Shown piece by piece: positions 29,146-39,245 of a stretch of DNA of 64,000 nt (its first letter is position 1; each line of letters opens with the position of its first letter). The position numbers and the translations under genes are program-made. This DNA is from Myxococcales bacterium. Its GTDB lineage: Bacteria; Myxococcota_A; Polyangia; Polyangiales; JAFGIB01. Where the stretch lies: positions 2,028 to 66,027 of the forward strand of contig JASFKR010000004.1 of assembly GCA_050118535.1 (NCBI GenBank), read 5' to 3'. Under the pieces are notes generated by a model. That model was not told where the DNA came from and made no database searches. It saw only the letters and a program-made list of their open reading frames with translations.

Positions 29146-31245
29146 GTGACCCACACGGGGACGATGTCGGAAGACCCACTCGAACGCAGCCGCAACACCC
29201 GCGCGTCCATCGCGTTGCTGGTCCTGTGTCTGATCCCGATCGGCTGCGCGTCGATCCCCAAGAACCAGTATGGCGTCGATGACATCACCTGGGACGGGGT
29301 CGAGGAGATGGACCCGGTCGCACTGGAGCAGTGTCTTGCCACGCGGGAGCTCGATCGGGTGACCATGCGGCTGGGCTTCCGCTCCGGCCGTTGCGGGGAG
29401 CCTCCCTTCGACGAGTCGGCACCCTCGGCCGAGCTCTGGGCCTGGCCCTGGACCGAATGGCCCGTCTACGACCCGGCCATCGTGGACGTGGACCGCGAAC
29501 GCATCGTTCGCTGGTATCGGGCCCGCGGCTACTACGCCGCCGAGGTTCGCTCGGTGAGCGCCCACCACGAGGGGCGGGAGGTGAAGTCGCCGCGCTGCGA
29601 GGGAGGAGGGGACTGCGAACTGGAGCTGCACTTCGAGGTGATCGAGGGGGAGCCGGTGCGGGTTCGATCCGTCGAGCTGAAGGTGGAGGCGGAGCTCGAT
29701 CAGGCGCTCGTGGACGATCTCCGGGCGCAGCTGCTGGTGCGGGAGGGGCAGCGCTTCGACGAGTCGGACTACGAGGGCGGCAAGACGCGCCTGCTTCGCG
29801 TGTTGCGTGACGCCAGCTTCGCCCGCGCCCGGGTGGAGGGTCACGTGCTGATCGACCGCGGCCGCCGCACCGCCGAGATCGACTATACGGTACGCCCGGG
29901 CCCGAGCTGCACCGTGGGGCAGGTCCACGTGCAGGGGGAGGGCCAGCTGCCGGCTTCCCTCGTGGTGCGGGCTGCGGACGTGCGCGCCGGCACACCCTAC
30001 AGCGACGAGCGGGTCGAGGACGTGCAACGCGCCATCTTCGCGCTCGGGGTGTTCTCCTCGGTGCGGATGGAGCGCCGCTACGACGTGGGGGGCGATCCGA
30101 CCGTGGTGGACCTGGTGGCCCACGTGCGTCCGGGGCGACTGCAGATCCCGAGCGCAGGCGTGGGCATGATGAGCGGCACCCTGCGACGAACGACCTCCGA
30201 CGAGCAGGTCAGCGTGCCCCAGTGGGACGCGCACGTGCGCCTGGCCTACGAGCACCGCAACCTCTTCGGGGGCATGCGCCGGCTGCGCATCGAGGAGCGC
30301 CCTCGGCTGATCTTTCTCGACAATTTTCCGCAGGTCTCGGCCGGCGACCCCCGACTCGGCAACATCCTGAGCGTGGTCTTCGAGCAGCCGGCGACCTTCG
30401 AGGCACGCACCACGCTCTTTTCGGAGAACGAGTGGGACGTTGGGCCCGACCCGTTCTACGGCTTCTTCCGACACGACGTCGCGACCCGGCTGGGGCTGCG
30501 CCGGGCCTTCTTCAAGCAGCGCCTGCAGGTGCACGCGGCGGTGCAGCACGACCTGTTCGAGATCACCGGCAGCCAGTCGGTGCCGGACTCGGTCTCCAGC
30601 TATCGACTGCCCTTCATCGAGCAGCAGGTGCGTCTCGACCTCCGCGATGACAGTCGACGTCCCGTACTGGGCGCCTACTTCTCGCTGACCGCCCAGGAGG
30701 CGGTGCAGCTCGGCGGCTACGGTTCCTGGACCTACCTGCGCCTGACCCCCGACGTGCGCGGCTACGTGCCGGTCTTCTGGGACATGGCCCTGGCCGCTCG
30801 CTTCGCCCTGGGCATGCTCATGATCCAGAGCGCCGACGGCGACCTGGACCCCACCTCCGCCCGGCTCGGACCCCAGAGCTATCGCCTGCGCGGCGGCGGC
30901 GCCAACAGCAATCGGGGCTTCTACCCGGGGCAGCTGGGCGACGGGCTCGAGGGCGGCATCCGGCGCTGGGAGGGCTCGCTCGAGCTGCGCGTCCCCTTGG
31001 GTACCGACTTCGGCGTGGTGGCCTTCGGCGACGTGGGAGACGTGCACCAGCAGGCCAGCTTCCGCTTCGACCATCTGAACACCGCCGCGGGCCTGGGCCT
31101 GCGCTACTACACGCTCTTCGGGGCCCTGCGCCTGGACGCCGCCTGGCGCGTGCCCGGCCTTCAGCGCGCCGGCGGCGGCGGGCCTTCGACGAATACGGGC
31201 ATCGCGCCGTCCGCGATCCACCTGACCATCGGCGAGGCCTTCTGA
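29146..31245 (+). CDS. Omp85 (TamA/BamA family) outer-membrane lipoprotein with POTRA domains
   Basis: Lipobox LIPIGC; POTRA-like WYRARGYY and VIEGEPVRV; GGANSNRGF; GLGLRYYT; C-terminus HLTIGEAF. Start 29146 or ATG29164. Confidence 0.88.
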   Translation: MTHTGTMSEDPLERSRNTRASIALLVLCLIPIGCASIPKNQYGVDDITWDGVEEMDPVALEQCLATRELDRVTMRLGFRSGRCGEPPFDESAPSAELWAWPWTEWPVYDPAIVDVDRERIVRWYRARGYYAAEVRSVSAHHEGREVKSPRCEGGGDCELELHFEVIEGEPVRVRSVELKVEAELDQALVDDLRAQLLVREGQRFDESDYEGGKTRLLRVLRDASFARARVEGHVLIDRGRRTAEIDYTVRPGPSCTVGQVHVQGEGQLPASLVVRAADVRAGTPYSDERVEDVQRAIFALGVFSSVRMERRYDVGGDPTVVDLVAHVRPGRLQIPSAGVGMMSGTLRRTTSDEQVSVPQWDAHVRLAYEHRNLFGGMRRLRIEERPRLIFLDNFPQVSAGDPRLGNILSVVFEQPATFEARTTLFSENEWDVGPDPFYGFFRHDVATRLGLRRAFFKQRLQVHAAVQHDLFEITGSQSVPDSVSSYRLPFIEQQVRLDLRDDSRRPVLGAYFSLTAQEAVQLGGYGSWTYLRLTPDVRGYVPVFWDMALAARFALGMLMIQSADGDLDPTSARLGPQSYRLRGGGANSNRGFYPGQLGDGLEGGIRRWEGSLELRVPLGTDFGVVAFGDVGDVHQQASFRFDHLNTAAGLGLRYYTLFGALRLDAAWRVPGLQRAGGGGPSTNTGIAPSAIHLTIGEAF

Positions 31246-34200
31246 TGGGCAAGCTGGGCAAGCGATTGCGGCTCGGGCTCGCCCTGCTGGTGGGCCTGCC
31301 CATCGTCGTGCTGCTGCTGGCGCTCGGCGCGCTGCTGATCTCGCCCCTGCGCAAGGCGGCCGTCGACGAGGCGTTGAAGTCCGTCAATCAGTCGATCGCG
31401 GGCGATCTGCAGGCAGAAGACGCGCGGCTGAGCTCGCCGGGGACGCTGGAGCTGGACGGGGTGACGCTGCGCGATGCCAAGGGACGGCAGGTCGGGCGAG
31501 TCGAGCACGCCGAGGTGAGCTTCGACCCCGGCGGCCTGCTCTCGGACCCCCTGGTGATCGACGCGATCGAGGTGCAGGGCGCGGACGTGGAGCTGGGTGA
31601 GCTCACCACGATGCAGGGCGGGCTCCTGGATGCGCTGGCCTCGACGGAGGCCGTGCCCCGGCCCGTGCAGGATGCCGCCGAGGCGGCCACCGGCGTGCGG
31701 CTGCAGCGGGTGTGCGTGGATCGCTCGCGGGTCGGCGGCACGCTCGACGGCGCGCGTGTGGAGTTGTCGCAGCTGCACGCCTGCGCGCGGGTCGAGGTGG
31801 CGGCGGGCTTCGAGGTCCAGGTGCTGGAGCTCCGCGCGCTATTGAAACGCGAGCGCGCCGCGGTGGCGCGGCTGGTCGACCCGGGCGCGCTTTCTGCTCC
31901 CGGGTCGCCGCCGGCAGCGGGGGACGGTGATGGCCCTGCGCGGCTCTCGTTGCGCGGGACCATCGCGGGCGATGACGCAGATATCTCGTTGGACGCCGAG
32001 CTGAAGGCCCGCGGGGTGGACGGGCGCACGCTCGGGCGGGCCGGTGTGCCGGACGTGCCCTTGGCCGCGCCGGCGGACCTCGAGCTGGGGGTGGAGGGCC
32101 CGCTTTCCGCGCTGCGCTACGACGTGCGCGTGTTCGCGGCGGGGGGACGGGCGCGGCTCGACGGAGCCCTCACCCAACCGGGCGGCACCGCGCTTTCGCT
32201 CGACGTGAAGAGCCTGCCGCTGGGCGTGGTCCTGGGCGAGGAGGGGGTCGATGCGATCACGGCCAAGGCCGACGCGTCGCTCGGCTGGGCGCGGCACGAT
32301 GGGGCGCTCGCGGCGCGGGTCGACCTGGCCTCCGCGCGCTATGGCGAGCTCGACCTGCCGGCGGTGCAGGCGAGCGCGCTGGTGGAGGAGTCGGGCGCGG
32401 TGCGCATCGAGCGCCTCGTGGCGCGCTCCGGGACCGCGCGGGTCGAGGTGGACGGCCGCGTGGGGGAGGACGGGGCGGTGTCGCTGCAGGGGACGGCGCG
32501 GGCAGTCGAGCTGGCACAGGTGCCGATCGTTTCCCGGAAAGTACCGCTGCTGTCGGGCGCGCTGTCCTCGCGGCTGTCGCTGCACCGCAGCGCCACGGGG
32601 CGACTCGACGTGGAGGTGGACGCCACGCTGCAGCGCCTGCAGCTCGGCACCCGCGGAGCCGCGCGGGTGGAGCTGCGCGCCGACCTGGACGACGTGGCGG
32701 CGCGGCCGCGGGGGGAGGTGACGCTCGATGCCGCGGCGGTGCAGGTGGACGGGCGCGCGCTCGGCGCCGTCCGGCTTTCGCTGCGGGGCGGGCCCGAGCG
32801 CTACGACCTGGAAGGCCAGAGCACCCGCGGGGACCTGCAGGTGGCGGGGCAGCTCGAGCGCACTTCGGGCGGCGTTTCCGGGCAGCTCGACGCCGCCGCG
32901 CGTACTCCCGTGGGGCGCCTCTCCGCGCGCGTGGCCCGCGCCGAGCTGCGGGACGGCCGAATCCTGGAGCTCAGTGGTGTGCGGCTCGCTCTCGCCGGGG
33001 CCGAGGCCCGCGTCGACGGGCGGCTCGATCTCGAGGGGGACGGCTCGCAGCTGCGTGTGTCGGTGCGCGTGCCCGACGTGGCTCGCTCTGCGGGATCGCT
33101 GCTCGACGAGCCGCCGCCGGGCCGGCTGACGGCGCGCGGTGAGCTCGCGGGCGCGCTGCAGGCGCCGCAGATCGAGGTGGATCTGCAGTACGCGATCGGG
33201 ACGACGCCGGTCGGGCTGCGGGCGGAGATGCACCTGGAGGCGGACCTGCCGCAGCGAAAGCTTCTGTCGACGCTGACGGTCAGGGCCGGAAAGGCGGGCC
33301 GCGTGCGCGCAGAGCTGCAGAGCTCTCTGGCGTCTCGCGAAGCTTCGGTCGAGGCGCTCACGCGCGGTCGCCACGCCTTGACGCTGGAAGCCGCCGAAAC
33401 GTCCCTGCGAGCACTGCTTTCCGCGCTTCCGCAGCCGCAGCCGATGCCGGCCCTGCTGGACGACGTATACCTGGAGTCGCTGCAGCTCGTCGCCAGCGGC
33501 ACGCGCCGCGACCACCAGGTGGAGCTGCAGACCGATGCGCGGGTGCACCCCGCGGGCGGCGAGCCGGCCGTCGACCTGAGCATCTCCAGCGTGCTGAACG
33601 AGGGAACGCTGCAGGCGCAAGTCGACGCGGAGGATGCGCGAGGGGCGCTGCTGTCTCTCGACGGTCAAGTGGAGCTCGGGCGCGACCCGCTGGGACCGCG
33701 GGCGCCGCCACTGTCGGACCTCGCCCACCGCGTGCGCTGGGAGCTGGGGCTCACGCTGTCGTCGCGGCGGCTGCCGGACCTGCCCTGGGCCAGGCATCAT
33801 GGCGTCGGCGGTGAGCTGCTGCCCATGCAGGTGGAGGCGAGCGGACGCTTGCAGCACGAGCCGGGGCGCGGACCGGAGGGCGCGCTGGAGGTGATCTCGC
33901 GCTGGTCGCCCACCCGCGGCGAGCCCGCGCGCACGGCGGGCTGCGCGAAGGGACCGGCGCGACTGGACCTGCGTCTGGACAGCTCGGGCGATGGGCTGCG
34001 GCTGGGCCTTCGGGGGTACATGGCCCACGGCCAGGTTCTCAGCGCCGAGGCCTGGTCGCCCGTCTCGGCCGCGCGGTGGCTCGCGGGCGACAAGCAGCGC
34101 GTGGGGCCCGTTCAGGTGGCGCTGGATCTACAGGACGTGGACACGTCGGCGCTTCCGGTGTTGTGCGAGCAGGCGGGGGGCACGCTGGCCGGGACGGTCG

Positions 34201-35783
34201 AGGGCCGCGATCTCTTCGACGGCGCGGCCGCCCTGAATGCGCAGCTCGAGCTGCGCGACTTCCACTGGGGGGACGGTCCGAGCTTCGATGCCCGCCTGCA
34301 GGTTACCTCCCTGAAGGACGCGCTGCAGGTGGACGCCGAGGTGCTGCCCGGTGACGGGCGCGCGGAGATCAGCGGCCAGCTCCCGATCAGCGTGCAGGTG
34401 GATGATCCGGCCCTGTGCGTGCACGAGCAACGGGAGCTGGCGGTGACGGCACGCTTCGATCACGTCGCGGTGCAGCCGCTGTTGTCGCTCGTGCCGGCCG
34501 TCGCGCGGCCGTCGGGGCACGTGGACGGTGAGCTGGCGCTCTCCGGGAGCATCGCCGAGCCCCGGGGGCGCGGGCAGCTTCACCTCGACGAGGTGTCGCT
34601 GACCCTGCCCCAGGCGGGGCTGCGCTTCGACCGCATCGACGCCGACGCCCGGCTCGAGGATCGCACCTTGTATCTCCAGCGCGCGCGCATCGAGGATCGT
34701 CGCGGCTGGGCGGAGATCTCGGCGAGGGTGTCGCTGCTGTCGAGGGACCGGTGGGAGGGCGAGCTGGATCTGCAGACCGACGACTTCCCCTTGCGCAACA
34801 GCGGCATCTACGTGGGCCAGGCCGACTCCCAGGCGCACGTGGAGGCACGGGGTGACGAACAGGGACTGGAGGTGCACGCGCGCATCGATGCCCTGTCCGT
34901 GCAGCTCGTCAGTAGTGATCTGGGCGGGGTGCAGCCGCTCGATCCAAACCCGGACATCTCATTCGTGGACGATCCCGACGCGGCGGTCGAGGTGGATCCG
35001 GAGGAGGACCCGGGCGAGGGCAAGGTGGCGATCATTCGCGTGCGGACGGAACGGCCGGTGTGGGTGCGGCGCGACGACTTTTCGATTCAGATGAATGCGG
35101 ATCTGACCATCCGGCGAGACCCGGGCGGGGCCAGCGTGGCCGGCAAGATCGAGCTGCGGCGCGGCTTTCTGTTGTTGCTCGGGCAACGCTTCGACGTGGA
35201 TCGCGGCGAGATCGAATTCACCGGAGGCGAGTCGGTCGATCCGCGCCTCGAGATCGAGGCCAGCCAGGCGGGCGCCGCCCGCGACGTACAGGTGCGGGTC
35301 ACGGGCTCGGTGCAGTCGCCGGAGCTGACCTTCCTGATGGGCGGCCAGGTGGTCACGGCGGGCGAGGCCGTGCGCGCGATGACCGGACGCGCCGGTCGTG
35401 GCACGGGTGACGACGAGGCCTCCGCCCGCGCGCAGCTGAGCTCGGCGGCGGTGGGCATGACCGCGGGGCTGCTCAGCCTGGGCGTGCGGCGCGAGCTCGG
35501 AGAGTGGGTGCCGATGTTGTCGGTGTCCCAGGCGCAGGAGGGTACGCGAATCGGGGCGGGCATCTCGGCCTACCGCATCATCCCGGAGTTCCTGCGCGAC
35601 CTGGTCGTGGACGCCTACGTCGAGGGCATCGTCAGCACGGGGCAGGATGACGACGGCACGGCCAGCGCCAACGGCGCCTCGGGCGGCGTGCTGCTGGAGC
35701 TGGTCTTCCCGCATGATCTGGTCTGGGCCGGACAGTATGGCCCCGGTCCGCGATGGTCCGTGGACCTGGACTGGCGTCCCTGA
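31245..35783 (+). CDS. TamB/AsmA family translocation and assembly module protein
   Basis: 1512 aa, N-terminal TM, beta-rich; C-terminal TamB-like region (GQRFDVDRGEIEFTG, DPRLEIEA, VTGSVQSPEL). TGATG coupling to the Omp85 gene. Confidence 0.85.
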   Translation: MGKLGKRLRLGLALLVGLPIVVLLLALGALLISPLRKAAVDEALKSVNQSIAGDLQAEDARLSSPGTLELDGVTLRDAKGRQVGRVEHAEVSFDPGGLLSDPLVIDAIEVQGADVELGELTTMQGGLLDALASTEAVPRPVQDAAEAATGVRLQRVCVDRSRVGGTLDGARVELSQLHACARVEVAAGFEVQVLELRALLKRERAAVARLVDPGALSAPGSPPAAGDGDGPARLSLRGTIAGDDADISLDAELKARGVDGRTLGRAGVPDVPLAAPADLELGVEGPLSALRYDVRVFAAGGRARLDGALTQPGGTALSLDVKSLPLGVVLGEEGVDAITAKADASLGWARHDGALAARVDLASARYGELDLPAVQASALVEESGAVRIERLVARSGTARVEVDGRVGEDGAVSLQGTARAVELAQVPIVSRKVPLLSGALSSRLSLHRSATGRLDVEVDATLQRLQLGTRGAARVELRADLDDVAARPRGEVTLDAAAVQVDGRALGAVRLSLRGGPERYDLEGQSTRGDLQVAGQLERTSGGVSGQLDAAARTPVGRLSARVARAELRDGRILELSGVRLALAGAEARVDGRLDLEGDGSQLRVSVRVPDVARSAGSLLDEPPPGRLTARGELAGALQAPQIEVDLQYAIGTTPVGLRAEMHLEADLPQRKLLSTLTVRAGKAGRVRAELQSSLASREASVEALTRGRHALTLEAAETSLRALLSALPQPQPMPALLDDVYLESLQLVASGTRRDHQVELQTDARVHPAGGEPAVDLSISSVLNEGTLQAQVDAEDARGALLSLDGQVELGRDPLGPRAPPLSDLAHRVRWELGLTLSSRRLPDLPWARHHGVGGELLPMQVEASGRLQHEPGRGPEGALEVISRWSPTRGEPARTAGCAKGPARLDLRLDSSGDGLRLGLRGYMAHGQVLSAEAWSPVSAARWLAGDKQRVGPVQVALDLQDVDTSALPVLCEQAGGTLAGTVEGRDLFDGAAALNAQLELRDFHWGDGPSFDARLQVTSLKDALQVDAEVLPGDGRAEISGQLPISVQVDDPALCVHEQRELAVTARFDHVAVQPLLSLVPAVARPSGHVDGELALSGSIAEPRGRGQLHLDEVSLTLPQAGLRFDRIDADARLEDRTLYLQRARIEDRRGWAEISARVSLLSRDRWEGELDLQTDDFPLRNSGIYVGQADSQAHVEARGDEQGLEVHARIDALSVQLVSSDLGGVQPLDPNPDISFVDDPDAAVEVDPEEDPGEGKVAIIRVRTERPVWVRRDDFSIQMNADLTIRRDPGGASVAGKIELRRGFLLLLGQRFDVDRGEIEFTGGESVDPRLEIEASQAGAARDVQVRVTGSVQSPELTFLMGGQVVTAGEAVRAMTGRAGRGTGDDEASARAQLSSAAVGMTAGLLSLGVRRELGEWVPMLSVSQAQEGTRIGAGISAYRIIPEFLRDLVVDAYVEGIVSTGQDDDGTASANGASGGVLLELVFPHDLVWAGQYGPGPRWSVDLDWRP

Positions 35784-35971
35784 ATGGTGCGGTGCCGGGC
35801 GGGTCGCCGGGGCCAACCAGTTGACCTTGGGGGACAGCCTCGCCGCGCAACCGCGTCCGCACTTGCGCAGCGCCTCGGATTCGGCAACAACGTCCGCGGG
35901 ACGTGCGCTGCACCAGGAACGCGTCGCGACGAATCCGTCGCCGCGCGGCGCGCGTACGGGAGGTGGTCGTG

Positions 35972-37183
35972 ATGCAGACACGGGGGCGACTCTGGCCATG
36001 GGCCTTGATGCTGCTCGCGGGTGCGTGCAGCTCCGACGGTGACAGCGGCGACGGCGGCGGGCGTGTTCCGGACGGGCTCGCCGCAGCGCCCGGCTCCCAG
36101 GGCGGCGGCGACGGCAGCGGCAGCACCGCGGGCGGGGCCTTCGACATCGACAACCCCACGGGCACGGCGCCCGACCCGCGCATGACCACGCCGACCACGC
36201 CCGGCGCCGCCACCTGCGGGAGCACCGACATCACCGCCTCGCGCGTGCTGCCCTCGGTCATGCTGCTGGTGGACGGCTCCCAGAGCATGCAGGAGCTGTA
36301 CGGTGATCCGCCGGCCATGCTGGACGCCGGGCTGACCGACGGGGGCATGATCGATGCCGGAATGCCTGCGCCGCAAATCTCGCGCTGGCAGGCGGTGCGA
36401 CAGGCGCTCGTGGACCCGGTCGACGGGGTGGTGCCGCGCCTGCAGGGGCTGGTGCGCTTCGGGCTGGCCGTCTACGGCACGGCACCCACGTGTCCGCTGC
36501 CGCTGGGCACGATCGAGCCGTCCCTCGACAACTTCGCCCCCATCCAGTCTGGCCTGCCATTCTTGCCGCCGGGCGTGACCACGCCCACCGGTTTGGCCCT
36601 CGATCAGGTCGTGGACCTGTTGCCGGATCCCAAGAACAACCTGGACGCCACCGTCGGGCCCCAGATTATCATCCTGGCGACCGACGGCGATCCCAACTCC
36701 TGCGATCCACCGCCTTTCCTCGCCGCAGTGCCCCCCACGAACTACGCCCCGTCGATCCAGGCGGCCCTGAAGGCGCAGCAGAAGAACCTGCGCATGTACG
36801 TGGTCAGCGTGGGTCAGGACGCCGCCGCGCAGCACCTGCAGGAGATGGCCAACCTGGGCGCGGGCCTGGGCCAGTTCGATTCGCCGGGCGCTGAGGTGTT
36901 CTACCCGGAGGACCCGGCCGCGCTCGCGGCCACGCTCGAGACGTTGATCGGCGACGAGCTGTCGTGCGAGGTCTCCCTCGAGGGCAAGGGCGTCAAGCAG
37001 GGTTCGGAGTGCATGGGCACGGTCACGCTCAACGGCAACGAGCTCGAGTGCAACGGCGCCGACGGCTGGGTGCTGACCGACCCGACCACGATCACGCTGC
37101 AGGGCGCCTCGTGCGAGTCGTACAAGAACGCGTCCGACGCCCAGCTTCGCGCCAACTTCCCGTGCGATCTGCTCGTGGAGTAG
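35972..37183 (+). CDS. vWA-domain Cys-rich lipoprotein
   Basis: Lipobox LAGAC; MIDAS LLVDGSQSM, TPT, ILATDGDPN. GGGAGG upstream. Confidence 0.85.
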   Translation: MQTRGRLWPWALMLLAGACSSDGDSGDGGGRVPDGLAAAPGSQGGGDGSGSTAGGAFDIDNPTGTAPDPRMTTPTTPGAATCGSTDITASRVLPSVMLLVDGSQSMQELYGDPPAMLDAGLTDGGMIDAGMPAPQISRWQAVRQALVDPVDGVVPRLQGLVRFGLAVYGTAPTCPLPLGTIEPSLDNFAPIQSGLPFLPPGVTTPTGLALDQVVDLLPDPKNNLDATVGPQIIILATDGDPNSCDPPPFLAAVPPTNYAPSIQAALKAQQKNLRMYVVSVGQDAAAQHLQEMANLGAGLGQFDSPGAEVFYPEDPAALAATLETLIGDELSCEVSLEGKGVKQGSECMGTVTLNGNELECNGADGWVLTDPTTITLQGASCESYKNASDAQLRANFPCDLLVE

Positions 37184-37241
37184 GAGAGGGCAGGGCAGGG
37201 GCAAGGGCAGGCCCGGGGCATATCGGGTACACTGATGGGCG

Positions 37242-37886
37242 ATGGGGGTCGACCCGCTCGACTTTTGCCGCAATCGGTTGCCGGCGATTTTTGACGAGAC
37301 CGTGGCGCGGCTGCGCGAGCAGGCGCAGCAGGGCGACGCGGGACTCCGGGCCGCATTCGAGGCTGGCAGCGAGGTGCCCGTCACCTCCAGGGTGCGGCTG
37401 ACGGGCGCGGGCGGCGGCGAGCTGCTGCTGGTGCTCGCGGGCGAGACGCTGTCGGTGCGCGAGCCCGCGGAGGGGGCGCCTGGCGACTTCGGCTACGCCC
37501 TGTCGGTGCCCACGGCGGTCGCCGCGCACGTCCTTTCCCGGACGCAGGCCGGGGGCGAGGAGGCAGAGCGTCTGGCCCGGGCGCTGTCGGTGTTGGCCTC
37601 GCGGGCCGCGGTCTCGGCCTTCGGCGAGCGCCCCTTCGAGCTCGAGGCCAGCGTCCGGCGCGTGCCAGTCCTGGGCGACGTCCGCGTTCAGGCCTCGCTC
37701 GGCCGGCCGGCCCTGTCGGCGCCCCAGTTCATGCTGGCCGTGGAGTATGACGAGCTGGCCGACGCCATCGAGCAGGGCGTCTCGCCCCACGAGTTGTTCT
37801 TCGCCGGCAAGCTGGAGATGGACGGCGACGTCTCGCGCGCCATGCTCCTGGGCATGACGCTGGCGCAGCTCGCCGGCGGTCGCTGA
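37242..37886 (+). CDS. SCP2 (sterol carrier protein 2)-like lipid-binding protein
   Basis: C-terminal SPHELFFAGKLEMDGDVSRAMLL matches the SCP2 signature. Confidence 0.7.
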   Translation: MGVDPLDFCRNRLPAIFDETVARLREQAQQGDAGLRAAFEAGSEVPVTSRVRLTGAGGGELLLVLAGETLSVREPAEGAPGDFGYALSVPTAVAAHVLSRTQAGGEEAERLARALSVLASRAAVSAFGERPFELEASVRRVPVLGDVRVQASLGRPALSAPQFMLAVEYDELADAIEQGVSPHELFFAGKLEMDGDVSRAMLLGMTLAQLAGGR

Positions 37887-37907
37887 GCGAGGGTCGCCCG
37901 CTCGAGT

Positions 37908-39245
37908 TCAGAAGCCGGCGAGGCGAGAGCGCTCGGGGTCGATCTCGTCGGCCCACAGGTCTTCGATGACCTGGCGGCGTCGGATCAGCATGGCCTGCTC
38001 GCCGTCCACGAGCACTTCGGGCGCAAAGGGGCGTGCGTTGTAGTGGCTCGCCATGGTGGCCGAGTAGGCGCCCGCGCCGCGGATGGCCAGCAGGTCGCCG
38101 CGCTTCAGCGGCGGCAGCGGGCGGTCGTGGGCGAAGAAGTCGCCCGACTCGCACACCGGCCCCACCAGGTCCGCCGCTTGCAGCGTCACGTCGGGCGCGG
38201 GCTCGCGCACGGGCACGACCGCGTGGAAGGCGCCGTAGAGCGCCGGTCGGATCAGCTCCGTCATCGCCGCGTCCACGATCACGAAGCGCTTGTCGCCCTG
38301 CTCCTTGGTGTAGAGCACGCGCGTGAGCAGCACGCCGTGGTCGCCCACGACCGAGCGCCCGGGCTCGATCACCAGCTCCAGCTCGTGTCCGGGGGCACCG
38401 CGCCTCAGCGCCTCCACGATGGTGCGCCCGAAGGCCTCGTGGCCCTGCGCGGCGCGGCCCTCGTCGCCGTAGAGGATGGGCCAGCCGCCGCCGGCGTCGA
38501 GCGTGCGCACCGGCGCGCCGGCCTCGATGCAGCGCGCAGCAAAGCGCGCGGTGATCTCGACCGCCTCGCCGATGGGGTCGGGGTCGAGCACCATCGATCC
38601 GATGTGGCAGGCGATTCCCTCCAGGGACAGGTGCTCGCTCTTCACCAGCCGCGGCAACAGCGACCCCGCCACGTCCAGCTCCAGGCCGAACTTGGTGTCG
38701 TGCAGGCCGGTGGCGATGTACGGATGCGTCTTCGGGTCCACGTCGGGGTTGACGCGCAGGGCCACCGCGGCGGTCGTGCCCATTTCGGCGGCCAGGGCCT
38801 CGAGGGCGTCGAGCTCACCCACGCTCTCCACGTGGATCGAGCGAATGCCGGCCTCGAGGGCCGCGCGCAGCTCTGCGTCGGTCTTGCCCACGCCGCTGAA
38901 GAGGATGCGCTCGGGCGGAAAGCCGCCCTCGAGTGCCCGCCGCAGCTCGCCGCCGGACACGATGTCGGCACCGCAGCCGGCCCGCGAGAGCCGCCGCAGC
39001 AGCGCCAGGTTGCCGTTGGCCTTCACGGCGTAGGCCACCATGTGAGGCGCCGCGGCGAGCGCCGAGTCGATCGCCCGGTAGGCGGCGTCGATCCCCTGCG
39101 CGCTGTAGACGTAGGAGGGCGTGTCGTAATCTGCGGCCACGCGCGACAGCGGGCAGCCGTCGGCGTGTAGCTCGCCGTCGCGGTAGACGAAGTGAACCGA
39201 GGGCGGCGTCTGGCCGCGACTGGTGCTGCTGACCCGGCCGCCCAT
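37908..39245 (-). CDS. lysA: Diaminopimelate decarboxylase
   Basis: YAVKANGN, DIVSGGEL, HIGS, IEPGRS, GPVCESGD, AGAY...SHYNARP. 1-bp overlap with argH. Confidence 0.95.
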   Translation of the reverse strand: MGGRVSSTSRGQTPPSVHFVYRDGELHADGCPLSRVAADYDTPSYVYSAQGIDAAYRAIDSALAAAPHMVAYAVKANGNLALLRRLSRAGCGADIVSGGELRRALEGGFPPERILFSGVGKTDAELRAALEAGIRSIHVESVGELDALEALAAEMGTTAAVALRVNPDVDPKTHPYIATGLHDTKFGLELDVAGSLLPRLVKSEHLSLEGIACHIGSMVLDPDPIGEAVEITARFAARCIEAGAPVRTLDAGGGWPILYGDEGRAAQGHEAFGRTIVEALRRGAPGHELELVIEPGRSVVGDHGVLLTRVLYTKEQGDKRFVIVDAAMTELIRPALYGAFHAVVPVREPAPDVTLQAADLVGPVCESGDFFAHDRPLPPLKRGDLLAIRGAGAYSATMASHYNARPFAPEVLVDGEQAMLIRRRQVIEDLWADEIDPERSRLAGF

